Of a DNA stretch of 64,000 nucleotides, positions 15,401 to 27,900 are shown in pieces. A model generated the notes under the pieces. The model had not been told where the DNA came from. It saw only the letters and a program-made list of their open reading frames with translations, and searched no databases. The stretch is taken from contig NC_092676.1 in the NCBI RefSeq assembly GCF_964355755.1, positions 15,394,871 to 15,458,870 on the forward strand, given 5' to 3'. How positions within the stretch are numbered: the first letter of the stretch is position 1; each line of letters begins with the position of its first letter. Made by a program: the position numbers and the translations under genes. This DNA is from Antedon mediterranea. Lineage: Eukaryota; Animalia; Echinodermata.

Positions 15401-15879
15401 GGTCAAGCTGATACAATGTCTAGATCAAAGAAGGAATGTCAAGATTGGATGAAACAGGTATTCACACCCTGTAATGTGTACTGTACTGACGCTAGAAACC
15501 ACTTATCATATCTAATAAATTGCTTTACAAAAAATAATTTAACTGTAATTTAAAGATACAGTTTCCCCCTGAATGCCATTTTAATGTCATAAAAACTGCG
15601 AAATGGTCTAGTCAAGGTCTTTTTTTATTAATCTTTATTGTTCATGTTTTGGGGGACAATACATATTTATGGTAACCATCCACTTTATGATTTTTGTTTA
15701 AAATAATTTATTTTTCATGTATAAAGTTTTCTTTATCTTGCTTAGCCATTGCACTGCATTTTTTTTTTGTTATATATTTCCTAAATAAATAAATATTTGA
15801 TTGGTATGTTATTTTACCATTGTAGATAACAGAAGCATCAACTACTTTGGGAATTTTGAAAGAAGCAGCAGTTTTATGA
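489..15879 (+). CDS. PLCL2: Phospholipase C-like protein (PLCL1/PLCL2, PRIP orthologue); 5' end (PH/EF region) lies before the window. 19 coding exons: 489-606, 1217-1302, 1581-1701, 2144-2229, 3304-3386, 3840-3932, 5708-5807, 6343-6522, 7713-7820, 8297-8421, 11895-11979, 12114-12260, 12569-12666, 12943-13044, 13700-13954, 14245-14334, 14999-15055, 15362-15457, 15826-15879
   Basis: GT-AG exons join in one frame. X box: [70 protein letters not shown]. Linker: [10 protein letters not shown] box: [46 protein letters not shown]2: [55 protein letters not shown]-specific C-tail: [36 protein letters not shown]. Stop TGA at 15877-15879. It is a co-orthologue of PLCL1 and PLCL2, so the symbol is approximate. 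Confidence 0.93.
2588..2687. mobile_element. About 100-bp MITE-like inverted repeat
   Basis: Perfect 19-bp inverted repeat CAGTAACGGTAAGCGGAAA / TTTCCGCTTACCGTTACTG. No clear TSD. Confidence 0.55.
2980..3115 (+). mobile_element. Penelope-like element terminal fragment with a degenerate minimal hammerhead motif
   Basis: GCA-CTGATGA-AGGGC..GCCC-AAAAGCTC-TGC followed by TTGTATCTCCATTGAGATCCAGCCACTGATA. A second copy lies in reverse orientation at about 56938-57025, next to a Penelope ORF remnant. Confidence 0.55.
5892..6070. mobile_element. PIF/Harbinger (Tourist-like) MITE
   Basis: TIRs AGCTTGGTTCCCACTAG / CTAGTGGGAACCACGCT, largely palindromic interior, TAA on both sides. Confidence 0.8.
6709..7103. 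mobile_element. PIF/Harbinger MITE
   Basis: TIRs AGGCCCATTTACACTAGG / CCTAGTGTAAATGGGCCT, TAA TSD, extended imperfect internal symmetry. Confidence 0.82.
8691..8757. repeat. 15-bp tandem repeat (CCTGAGTGGAAACCG, about 4.5 copies)
   Basis: Directly visible; A>T variant in the last copies. Confidence 0.9.
8850..9531. mobile_element. Tc1/mariner-type non-autonomous DNA transposon
   Basis: TA|CCGTACTGACGCGGATATAAGCCC ... GGGCTTATACCCGCGTCAGTACGG|TA, with repeated subterminal CTCGGGTATAAGCCCACCC motifs. Confidence 0.85.
13320..13465 (-). mobile_element. Diverged partial LTR related to the Gypsy LTRs at 58399 and 61223
   Basis: GAGGAAA..ATTAAGGATGTGGGTTATAGGA..GAAGAAACCACTAG..TTGACCTGATGGTCAGAGTGTTACA aligns by eye with the last ~150 bp of those LTRs. 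Confidence 0.8.
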
Positions 15880-16460
15880 TAACCTGACATCGAACAGCAA
15901 AGACCAGTGTCAATGGAAACCAAATATCCAACAATGGACACCATGCACATATGCCTTTGAAGAAAAGTTGGTTTCAAATAATTAAATAAAGATAAAAATG
16001 AAATAGAAATGATTTACCCCCGTCTATAAGGTTGATCTTGCTTAAAAGTAAAGAAAATTCATTCATTTGCATGAAAACTGGACACCATAAATAGGAAATT
16101 ATTATACAAATAAGAAATGGTTACGAGTTGAATGGGGTGAATATTTATATCATTGACTATTCTATTAAAAAATGGGGAGACGTAATTGATAAGCCGCTTC
16201 CATCGTCAATCGATTTTTGCAGGATAAGCCATTTGAAAAGGAACAGAGCAACTATAGACGGAGCACACTACATATTGGTTTTTCCATCATTCAGTATTCA
16301 AAAAGTGTATTAGTACCTTTACTGAAGAAATCGAAGAAAATAACATCACACAAAATCAACCAATCAAATGCCAAGGATACACCTATGTGTGTCAGAACCA
16401 CACGTTTATGATGACAATGCATTCAATGAGAATCTTAAACAGATTTCATAAACACATTTA

Positions 16461-16808
16461 GGGTATGTTCAGATCTATGGAGTTATGCTTTCATATCGCA
16501 AGCAATGTCATATTATAATTAGCGTCGCAACAGAAAAGTGTTCGGATTTGTCTAACGCTTTCGTTTCAAACTGAAGTGTCACTAATTTGGGCAAACATCT
16601 GGTATGCAGGGGTAAATATGATTGCTTAGAGGTCAAAATCGTTGATGCATGACTTTCGTATCGTAAGCGGTGTTCACTAATCTTGTAACTTGAGCTGTCG
16701 TAACGAACGAATGAGGTGGCTTCCACTAATCTTTTCCTGGTTCAGACCTATGGAGTTGTGCACCGCGTACAATACGAAAGCATAACATCCGTAGGTCTGA
16801 ACAGGCCC
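16461..16808. mobile_element. Harbinger-like MITE downstream of the PLCL stop (probable 3' UTR)
   Basis: Imperfect TIRs GGGTATGTTCAGATCTATGGAGTTATGCTTTC / GAAAGCATAACATCCGTAGGTCTGAACAGGCCC, TTA/TAA flanks. Confidence 0.65.
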
Positions 16809-17688
16809 TAAGCCTTTCATGAACCTTCAACCTTGAATCATATACACTTGCACACTCATACTAATCATTTTAAACATGACAGCTAACTTCAAGCAAGCTT
16901 TTGGTCAAGTTGAGTGTGATAATGTCCACATGAACTACTATTATGTGGTAATGAATCGGACAAAAACACTGCCATTTATACTGTAACAATGAATGTAAAA
17001 CAGAACATAAAACAACAAAGTTGTTTCACTTATAAAAATGAACCATTTCAAAAGGTTGCTATGATATTTCATATGGCCAAGTAGGACAGTATTATTTGTA
17101 ATTTAAGAGATAAATATATCATGAATTTTAATTAGTATAATAGTGATTAAACCTTTATTATTGTGAAGTAACTACACAAATTGGTACCATATAGTAATAT
17201 AAAAAAATATATTGCCTGATTTTTTAAACAATTATATAGCAATAGGGATTAAATAAAAATAGAACAATTTACAGTATAAATATTTTATGTCATTTCGGAT
17301 GTAAACAGGGATTTAGATGTAATAAAATAGTTCATATTTTTATATTTAAAAAATGTAAGTTGCTTTTGAATTGCTATAGATCCAAAGTAACAGTTCTTGA
17401 TCTAAATATACACACCATTTGTTGATCTATGAAATTCGCTAAAAAATCATTTCATGAGAGTTTTGTTCTACCAACAGCTAGAACTATACGTTCTGCAATG
17501 CTGAAATAATGCAATGGGTAAATTTACTTGACTGCTAGTAACTTTAACAAAAACTACAGTAGTTCTGTTAGTTAGTCTTTCAAGAGCAGGTCTATCTGCA
17601 GGCCTACATCATTAGTGTATTAAGTTCCATATTGATTTGGTAACAGTATGTATTTAAAACAATGTATTTTTACATTGATGACCGAATA

Positions 17689-17690
17689 AA

Positions 17691-17723
<33 letters not shown>
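17689..17723. repeat. (ATT)n microsatellite
   Basis: About 11 perfect ATT units. Confidence 0.85.
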
Positions 17724-20375
17724 CCAATTAGATGCACATTTTTAGGCATAGATTTTGATTAAATAGTTACAGTCAAACTTTTTCCCAATGGACAGTAGTA
17801 GTGAGATTTTGCAGTTTTTAAGAGCATTGGCAGTATTGTAATAGGTAAATACAAAATACAAAATAGGGTCTTAATTTCAAGGTTGTTGAACAACAGGGTG
17901 AACATTTGTTACAGTTGTATGGAACTAAAAAGAAAAACAGTGAAATTAAAATTTCTTCTTCAAAGGGTATCTTAATATTGCCAGTTACTCCATCTGGAGG
18001 ACCATACCTGGAACAGTTGCTATGTGGTCTATAATAATCATCTTTGCAGTCCCATAAATCTGGGAATTATCAAACTCTGCAATTCTAGTTTCGATGAGAA
18101 TAAGAAATAGCACAAGTGTATTTTCTTGATGATTAGGTTTATGTTATAGGAAACTACTGTATAATGTTTAGTCATGGTGCATTTAAATGTGTATTTTGTT
18201 ATATTATACTGAAGTGACAAAGCTCTGTGAATATTAGCTGTTAATTAACTGTTAGTGTTGTATCTAAGCTAACACTACAGTAGTTAATGTTACAGACCTA
18301 TTGTACATAAGTACATGTGGTGGACAGTAGTTTTAGTAAACTCGGATCATGAATGCCCTTAAATATATACACTTGTGTTGGTGCTAATATGTGATATAGA
18401 GAAATTATTAACAATAGGGAGTAATACACCATAATGAATTTGGTATTAGTTTTTATAACTTCAAAGTAGACACTGTATCTATACATTTCAATTCTTCTGG
18501 TGCATAATATTTCAATCAGTGTAATATGGAAAGCTCATATCCAAGATTGTTTTTTTTTTCCACAAAAGAGACATTCCTCCCCCTCCCACCCTTGCTGACT
18601 AGATAAGATTGATAAGCTGTGCTGATGGTACATTATCTCTAATTCTAAAAGGCCACTGCATGAATTAAAAATGGGATCTGTTAAAACCGTGCAAACACCT
18701 TGGTTCTCTGACGGGGATTTTGTAAAATTGTGGAAGAATATCCATTTATGGTTAATGGACACTGTTACAGAGGCAGGAAGAAAGGTGTATGTGGAGTGTA
18801 ATGGTTACAGTTTTACCCTCATATGTACATGTAGTAAAGAATGGATCACATTATATTTGTTGTAATGTAAATACTAGTAGAAAATAGTGATAATTTCCAG
18901 AAAATTCTGGATTCATTCTTTTAAAACTATTTTTAGAAAATGCGGGTGTTGTAATTAACTACGTTTATACTGTGCAATTGAAAATCTTAAATTGTATAGG
19001 GTCAATATGTAATAATAAAATGTATTAATTTTTGTCCAGCTTGTAAATAATTATTCAGAGTTTAGACAACATAGTTATTTTGTAATTAGATTCCTGTTGT
19101 AAACTAGAATTTTTTAATTCTGAACTGCAATGTGTGTATAAAGATATTTTAATATTGTTAATATTTCTTTATAAATATAGATATTGTTAGTATGAGTAAA
19201 CAAATGCAATTTATTTATTCTATTCATTTTTAATAATGTTTTTGTTTGGTGTCCTTAAACACTGTATTACCATTTTTATATATCACAGTATATTGTTGGT
19301 GCTTATGTCAAAGGTCAAGGATGTTATCCCACCTATAAATAACCAAGTTATATTATACTTTAAACATGTGCTATTGCTCCACATACAATTCCTTGTTATT
19401 CAATAGATATGATGAATTTTTAAATTGGGTTATAATTTTCTACAAAACAAAAAACATTTTAGAAAGTTATTTACAGTAAATGTTTCAGTGCATATACAAT
19501 AATTGTTTCTAAAATAATTTATCCTAAATATTTTCTACTGGCAATGTGTGTGAAAGTGAATTTAGTATACAAGTTTTAACATGTTTTGTGAGTTATTACG
19601 GCTCTTGTTAAATTTATTATTTTTTGCAGTATTTTTACGGCTGATTGACATGTTTTTATGCTATAGTTTTTAATAGAAGTTAAAAGATAGTTATAGTTAA
19701 AACTTGTTGGCTTTCTATATAATATAAATGATTTATTTATCAATAGCTTTAGAAGCAATTATATATAAATTTTAAATTTCTTAAAATTAAATGTACTATA
19801 GATGTTTGTTTCAAAAGAGAATACACATGAGTGACCAATCCATAAATTGTATTTATAATTAAAAAAACAAAGGCTGTAGCAATAATCTGACTGCTGTCTT
19901 TTGTATGAATATTATGTATACTCTATTTACATATTCCCATTTTCTTTTTCAAATGGACCTAGATGATTGTTGTTATTTTGGTGTTACACACTAAAGCTTA
20001 GTCTACTAAAATCCGTAGATTTGGGCAGTACAATGGGAGACAATCCCCTACTCTTCATGGCTACCACCCGTGGTACTGACTGTGATATATATGATAACGG
20101 AACTAGATAGTTGTACAAGGTTACTCTTCCAGTTGTCATACTCATTTTCAAACTAAAATGGGACTGCTTAAATTGTTGGTGTAATAAAAAATAACATAAC
20201 AATGGGCCAGTGCAGGAATTGGTTTAGGTCTTTTGGATATCCTGCTGACCAGAATTGATTGTTTTCTTATATTATAGTTATTTCAATTTCTGTTGTCAGA
20301 ATAGTAATTACATTAAAATGATGTGGTCTAAAAACGATATTTCCATAGGGATACTACTACTGTATTAAACTGTTA

Positions 20376-20516
20376 AGCTCTGTCCACACTATCAAACTAG
20401 TTGACATCATTTTAATGATATGACATCATTTTAATGATATGACATCATTTCCATATATGGGCACATAATTTTTGTTGTCACATAAAGTTTGATAGTTTGA
20501 TAGTGTAGACAGAGCT
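20376..20516. mobile_element. Short MITE with internal 20-bp tandem repeats; a second family member at about 37065-37213
   Basis: TIRs AGCTCTGTCCACACTATCAAACT / AGTTTGATAGTGTAGACAGAGCT, TTA/TAA flanks. Confidence 0.75.
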
Positions 20517-21906
20517 TAAGGATTTCAGATCAAATCAATGCTGCTGCTTATGACTATTAAAAACAGAGACTTTTCTTCTTTTTACTGAATAACATTGTTT
20601 ATTATTTTATCATAAAAAAAACAAAACAAGGCATAGGTACAAAAAAAAAGCATATTGTACTGTTTATATGGATATTTATCCAAAATTGCAACAGTAGCCA
20701 ATATCTTTGAAATTTTACATAGTCCTTATGGTATCAGAAAAGGATGGAATTTCACTCCTTCCTGCTTTCACTCCTTCCTGCTTATACTTTACATTGTTTT
20801 ACAAGGATAAGCCAATGTATAGTATGTATGTTTAATTTACCGTTTACTTATAGCATGCTACAATAATGTATTTATTTAATTTTATTTATCATAATTGAGA
20901 GCTATGCATAACTACCATAATCACCTTGGCAACAGAAACAGGACAAATTTTCAATAACTGGTAGAATGGCAGCCTGAAAAAAATCACTCAATTGATTTGG
21001 TGTTAACGCCATTTAATCCGCTGTGCAACTTATAGCTGTAATGCAAATGACGGTTATTTGATTGACAACTGAACATTTGATCTCCTAATCGCATTGCACT
21101 TTGGGTAATGTTTACGTTTTTATTAACAACCAACCACAAATTTAAACGAAATGAGTTGGCCTAAAAATTATACAAATACAAATTCGCCTAGTGAAAATTC
21201 CATTTCAAAACATTCTGTTCCTTGTTGGCAATCATGTATACTACACACTTTTATTAAATGAATTAATTTAAACAAAGATGTTAACATTATCATTATCCAC
21301 AGGGAGGCATACTAAAAACGTAATTGAAACCTTTACAGTAGGACAAGTTTATAATTTAACGATTCAGAAAGATTTATTTTTTATATTATTCTAATCTCAA
21401 TTAATTAATTATTGATGATATACCAATTGGCTGTGGAGTGGCTTGTCTTACTTGTTCCAAAATATTACTCTCAAAACCTGGAAAATTACATTTTGTTATA
21501 TGGATAAGTTTGGTCTTAAACCATTCTTAAACAAATCATTTTCCAATAATAACCAGGCAATAACCACTGTATGATGTTTAGGATTACATTAGATACATTC
21601 CTTAATGCAAAAATGGCAATATAATTATTTTCTTCCATTTAATTATAATAGTTTCCCCTACTGATCTATGATCAATACATTAGTACATTGATAGAATTTC
21701 TACTTATCTTAACAATTAAGAATGGGTCCTGCCCAGTACATTTGTGTAAATCTTAATGTTGTTGTCATGTAATATTTCCTGTCGAATGGCCATTATTAGG
21801 AATTCATTTGGAAAATAGATATATCCTCACCTAGTAAAATACAAAATCACCTATTCTATCTATAATCAGAATTTCAGTTTATACAGGAAACAGGATTTTC
21901 TGGAAT

Positions 21907-24900
21907 TCACTTAGATTCTTTGATCTCACCATTTGCAAGATCTTTCATACGAGGATACTTTGCTTTCTTTGAATCTAGCTGTTCCTGTGACCACAACAAT
22001 AGTTTAAGAAGATTTGCCAACTGTGGTGACGATTCTTTATTTTCAATTTCTAATATTGCTGCATTTAATTCACTCGCAACCTAATATAAAAACAAACAAT
22101 AGTAATAATTTAGACATACAGTATTGAACATTTAGACATTTAAATATTGATTAGTGTACAGTAGACACTTTTTAGAAGGTACTTAAGAAACAAAACATTT
22201 AGACATATTGAACACACAGACCATATATTGAACATTAGACATATTGAACACACAGACCATATATTGAACATTAGACATATTGAACACACAAACCATATAT
22301 TGAACATTAGACATATTGAACACACAAACCATATATTGAACATTAGACATATTGAACACACAAACCATATATTGAACATTAGACATATTGAACACACAGA
22401 CCATATATTGAACATTAGACATATTGAACACACAAACCATATATTGAACATTAGACATATTGAACACACAGACCATATATTGAACATTAGACATATTGAA
22501 CACACAAACGATATATTGAACATTAGACATATTGAACACACAAACCATATATTGAACATTAGACATATTAAACACACAGACCATATATTGAACATTAGAC
22601 ATATTGAACACACAAACCATATATTGAACATTAGACATATTGAACACACAGACCATATATTGAACATTAGACATATTGAACACACAAACCATATATTGAA
22701 CATTAGACATATTGAACACACAGACCATATATTGAACATTAGACATATTGAACACACAGACCATATATTGAACATTAGACATATTGAACACACAGACCAT
22801 ATATTGAACATTAGACATATTGAACACACAGACCATATATTGAACATTAGACATATTGAACACACAGACCATATATTGAACATTAGACATATTGAAGGTT
22901 TAGGCATACGCTTCCTATTGAATTTATAGGTTTAGACATATTGTTGATAAATAATTACCTTTTGCCTTTGTGACAGATGAAGCAGATCTCTAAATGGTGA
23001 GTTTTCAGGGTCTTCAAATGCAAGTAAAGCTAATGTTCTTTCAAGTTCAGGTAAAATGTCTTTATTCTCTTCACCTCTTTCAGCCAAATGTACTTGGGCA
23101 TAGTCAAGGGCACTTTCTAAACTCCTTTGCCTGATAAGCTCAATTAGATGTTGTTGCTAAAAACATTAAAGTATAAACTTAAGTGATCAAACAATTTATG
23201 GTGAAAGGGGAATACTGTATAGTACTGTTATGGTATACAAATAATGAATGTTTTGTATTCGTTGGATGATGAGAATATTTCACTAGTTGAAATATTCTCT
23301 CCATTCAACAAATACAAACATTTATTTTTGTTTATTTATAATACACCTACTTTTATCCAATTTATTTATCGTAAATCATTGACAAATGCTAGGCCGGGAA
23401 GCTATAGTGTAGGCTGGTATGTCGTTTATATGAATGTCGTGTATATTTTTTGTTAAAAGCAAACTTTGACTTTATTTCATATCTTGATAATATAAGGAAT
23501 GAAAAAAAATATGTTGCCATTTTTTCAAAAGACATTTAAAGGACCAAATTCAAGATGGCCGCCAACATTCAAATAACCCTATTAAAAATCAGAATATCAC
23601 CAATAATACAAATTATGAATGTGGAACAAGTCCGTTTTGATGGTATTACTGTACCCATTATACAATCCTAACTATGTAAAGCGATAATCTGTCGGCCATC
23701 TTGGATTTTAAAATGGCCGCCACTAAAAATTAAATTCTTTAAATATTTTTTTAAAAATGTGTGCATAAATTGTTGTTTGTACACAATGTTCTAAAATTGT
23801 CACTTCTCACAGGATTGTAAATTGTAAATATAAGGCTAAAGTTGTCAATGTCCTCTATAACAGATATATAATACCCCACTATGACTATTAAATTAAATAA
23901 TCGTTCAAAGTTGGAGTTGCAAAAGTATGGAACAACTTAACAATTTATATCAAATATTCGACAACAATTACGTCTAACTAGAGGGTTAGACCTCTAGTTT
24001 GCTCGCTCCCCTCTAGGAAGTGTAAACGAAGGTTCTCGGAATGATAATGACTCGGGTAAAAAGGTTTTAGAAGGACGTTCTCCTTGTACGTTTTCTGTCG
24101 GTTATCATTATTGAAAATGCTTGACATTCGAAAAACTAAACCTACTCTGTTTCACAGTGTCTTAGATGATTAATAACATTTTAAAGTATAGTGTTTATTG
24201 TTTTATAGGGCGGAGGTGGGGAGGCAGAGTTCATTTGAGGGAGATATAAATAGATATAAAGAGAAATAAAATCCTCTAATAGATAGGAAAAGTGGTAAAA
24301 AATTATAAAAAATTATAGTTAACAGTGTAATGAATTCTATTATAAATAGTATATACAATATTGTGTGTATAATTAATGTGGATGGGCGTTTATTAGATAG
24401 GTAGGTGGGGTGGGGTGGGTGTAGGCGATTATTATTCAAAGTGATGTTTTATTGGGGAGGCGTTTATTCAAATAAATACCATCATAATACATTATTTAAT
24501 TTAAACATTTTTTGAAACTAACTTCCGTGACAGTGTAGGCCGTTTCGGCCCAAGAAGGAAGATGTTTTATATTAGATGGCTTGCAATATGGGCCCTAATG
24601 GGACACAGATAGCCTACAGTTATTCCTGCCAGCTTACTCAATAAAACTCGGCTATCGGGATTTTATTTTTTAACTACTGTACCTTCACACGCGCGGTCCG
24701 ATCCGAAAATAAACAAAAAACTAAAATAGCTATAGCCACTAACGACCAACTTAACTGAAACCAGGTAGTTGCAAGGTGAACCTGTGAACTCATCGTGAAC
24801 TCGGAAATTACTTTGACCGCGTACGCGTAATTAAAATTGAGTTGAAAATCTACCGATGAATCAGAAGTTTTGTTTTAAAACTCTTTATAATATATTCCTA

Positions 24901-27900
24901 AGATAGAAATATGGAACAATATCGTAATAGTGAAAACTGTTTTACATTTTGCGGTACACCTGAGATAGTTCAGGAAGGTATCCAAGGCAGAAATTTGTTC
25001 AAAAGTTTTTCCATTGTGCTCGCCTATATATATCAGAATTAACCATAATTTATATATAGATTCTAAATTACAGATCTCATTTCTTTTCATGAAACTGAAA
25101 CTTGACAGGAGACAGGACCACAATATAAAACAAGTGCATTTATACCTTATTGTGAAATCCTGTATAAATATGGTAAATAATAAATTCGTTATTGCTATGT
25201 AATTCAATGTCTGAACCTTCAGGGCCATAGTCACCAGTATGGTTGGTAAGTTTTCAACCTGTCAACTTTTGGCAGAAGCTTGAAGGAAATACAGATACAG
25301 CTCTGCCTATAAATAACATTGTAAATGAATGAACTCCTACTTCTCATCTTCTGCAATCTCAACCAATTTCATTAGATATGTACCCCCTACAGACAGACCA
25401 GCATTATACACTGGTTTGATGAGTGCACATGGTTGTGGTATAAAAACTCGTGTACTAGGGAAAGACAAGAATGCCTGGTGATGACTCCTGCCCGAGATGA
25501 GTAGAGGTGGACAGAGATGACATCAAAAAGCAATTATTATGTCGACCCGGTAAACTATATGGCTTTTGGACATGTAGCATTGTGAAAATAGTGTTGAGCA
25601 AGTGCTTTTGTGGACTTGTATTACCTATACAACCAGTTACACAAATATCTTAAATGGAAAACATCTCTAAAGGACAAAAGCACACTAATTCTGCTTTCTC
25701 TCTACAACTTGCTTCTTCAAATGCAGACAGAGAAAGAGATTCTAAGTTAAGTATCATTTTGTTTGAAAGAGGCTGATCATAAAGATATTAACTTGAATAC
25801 AGAGAGTCGACGAAATCTAAATGATGTGGTTAAACTATATCCCTATGTATATGAGAGGACATGTATGTGTGGGACTTGCTGGATTTACATCAATTGATCA
25901 GGGTCATTGAGCGTAGTATCATTGGAATAACACAAATTAATGATTTCATCAGAGCTGGCAAATCTAGTTAACATTTAAAGAGAGATGATATCCCGATTAA
26001 TGAAGAATGCTGCAATTCCCACAAAGGTGTTTGTTGGCCATGGCATGATGAAATTGGACAGAAAATGTTTGAGGCATTGGTAAAAGTCTTGTAGAAGGAA
26101 AACTGTCTATATGGGATCCTAAGAAAAAGACGAATATTGGCAAAAAATATATATGACTGTGAATACAGGTGACAAACTTATCAAAGTAAAAGAAGACTCC
26201 CATAGAGATTATTTGCCGGTGAAATGAGGTATTTCAGTTATTTTGCCAATTTGTTTCTGAACAAGGTTGTTGGGAACGCAGATCAGTCTGTGGAAGTTCG
26301 ATGGATACAGTAGTAGAGAACGAAGGAAGGTCAACTTACTGTATCGCATTCAAGATTAGAAATATTTAATTGAAGGACTTTGGCAGAGTTAGTTGTCATT
26401 TAACTGAAGAAATTTATGAGATGTTTTAATATGAAGAAGTGTTCTGTCAGTACTGTACATTTTGTGTTAATCACCATGTTGTTGTCATAAGCATATCATT
26501 TTGTATATGTATTTCAATTTAATTTTATTTAACTTATACAAGTTTTAATAAGAAATTTAACCCATTTTTAAAAAATGGCGGCCATTTTAAAATTCAAAAT
26601 GGCCGCCATTTTGTGTTAATCACCAATGTTGTTGGCATAGGCCTATCATTTTATGTGATTTCAATCAACGTCATAACTTGCACATGTTTTAATAAGAAAT
26701 TTAATCCATTTTTTAAAAATGGCGGCGATTTTGAAATTCAAAATGTCAGAATACTAATGAATATAAGTTTATAATAATTCTTATATAGCAGAGAACCCAT
26801 ATGAACTTAAAATATTATTCATAATGGGTGTTACTTTGTCCAATATGGTACATTTATTGGATATTTTATGTATTGGCGGCCATCTTGGATTTGACACCCT
26901 TAAGCTTTTTTAAAAAAATGGCAACATATTTTTTTCATTACTTTACATCCTAAAGACACTAAATCAGCTGGAATTTTGCTTTTAACAAAAAAATGACACG
27001 AAATTACATAGTGGCCTACACTACTAGGCTATTTAAAAAAGCAGTTATAGACGGCATACAGAACAAGTTGATTTATTGTGATACTGTAGTTATACAGTAT
27101 TTCTTTCATACGGCCTAGTGGAAGAACACATTTTGTTTTGAACGAGTCTCCGTTTTAAAATGAAGATTTTATTATTATTATTATTTGGCAAAAATTCTTA
27201 AAATGTTTGCAGAAAGCTGAACGTGCATTATAGACGTTCATTATCACCATTAGATATCACTTTTTCATATACTATTCACATTTATTCATATATTCAGATA
27301 TGGCTAATTCCAAATGACACGTGATGCGTAATTGAACAATTAAATTGCAAGAACACAATCAGGTGTGTTATTTAAGGAATTAGATAGGCATTATGAGGCC
27401 ATGAGTTTGAGACCAGACTGTGCCTTGTTGTTAGTGAATTCAGTCAAGAAGCTTCTAGTGTCTTATCCTTCAGATGGGATTCTAAGTTGGTAGTCCAATT
27501 TACTGTACATATAGGCACATGTACACAAAGAACTGAAAAAAAGGATAGTCTACCAGAGGATTCATAAATCAACATTTTCCAATGTTAATATATAACATTC
27601 CTATTGATTTGAAGAATCAAATGGATAAATAATCATTACATCAGTGTCACTCATCTTTACTTATGTTTATAAGAAAGTCAGTGAAAAAATATTCCTGAAT
27701 AGGTTATTGACCAGGCAAAGTCAATGTGGTGTACTACCACATCCTGCTTCCATTATAGGAAGATGAATGAGGTCTGTATCAATGTGGTTAGTACACAGGT
27801 TTGTCCAGCATTTCATACATTTTAATTTTTATACTAGTCATGTTGTGTCATCATACTGTCAGTAACTCATAACATAATTATTATACTGAATGCTCAGTAC

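Noticed and set aside
22140-22929. Three 233-255 aa ORFs, and a superficially CRISPR-like repeat
   Set aside because: Artefact of a 36-bp tandem unit without stops inside a GID8 intron; there are no unique spacers.
27230-27800. Possible very old LINE RT remnant on the minus strand
   Set aside because: Too degenerate to support any motif.
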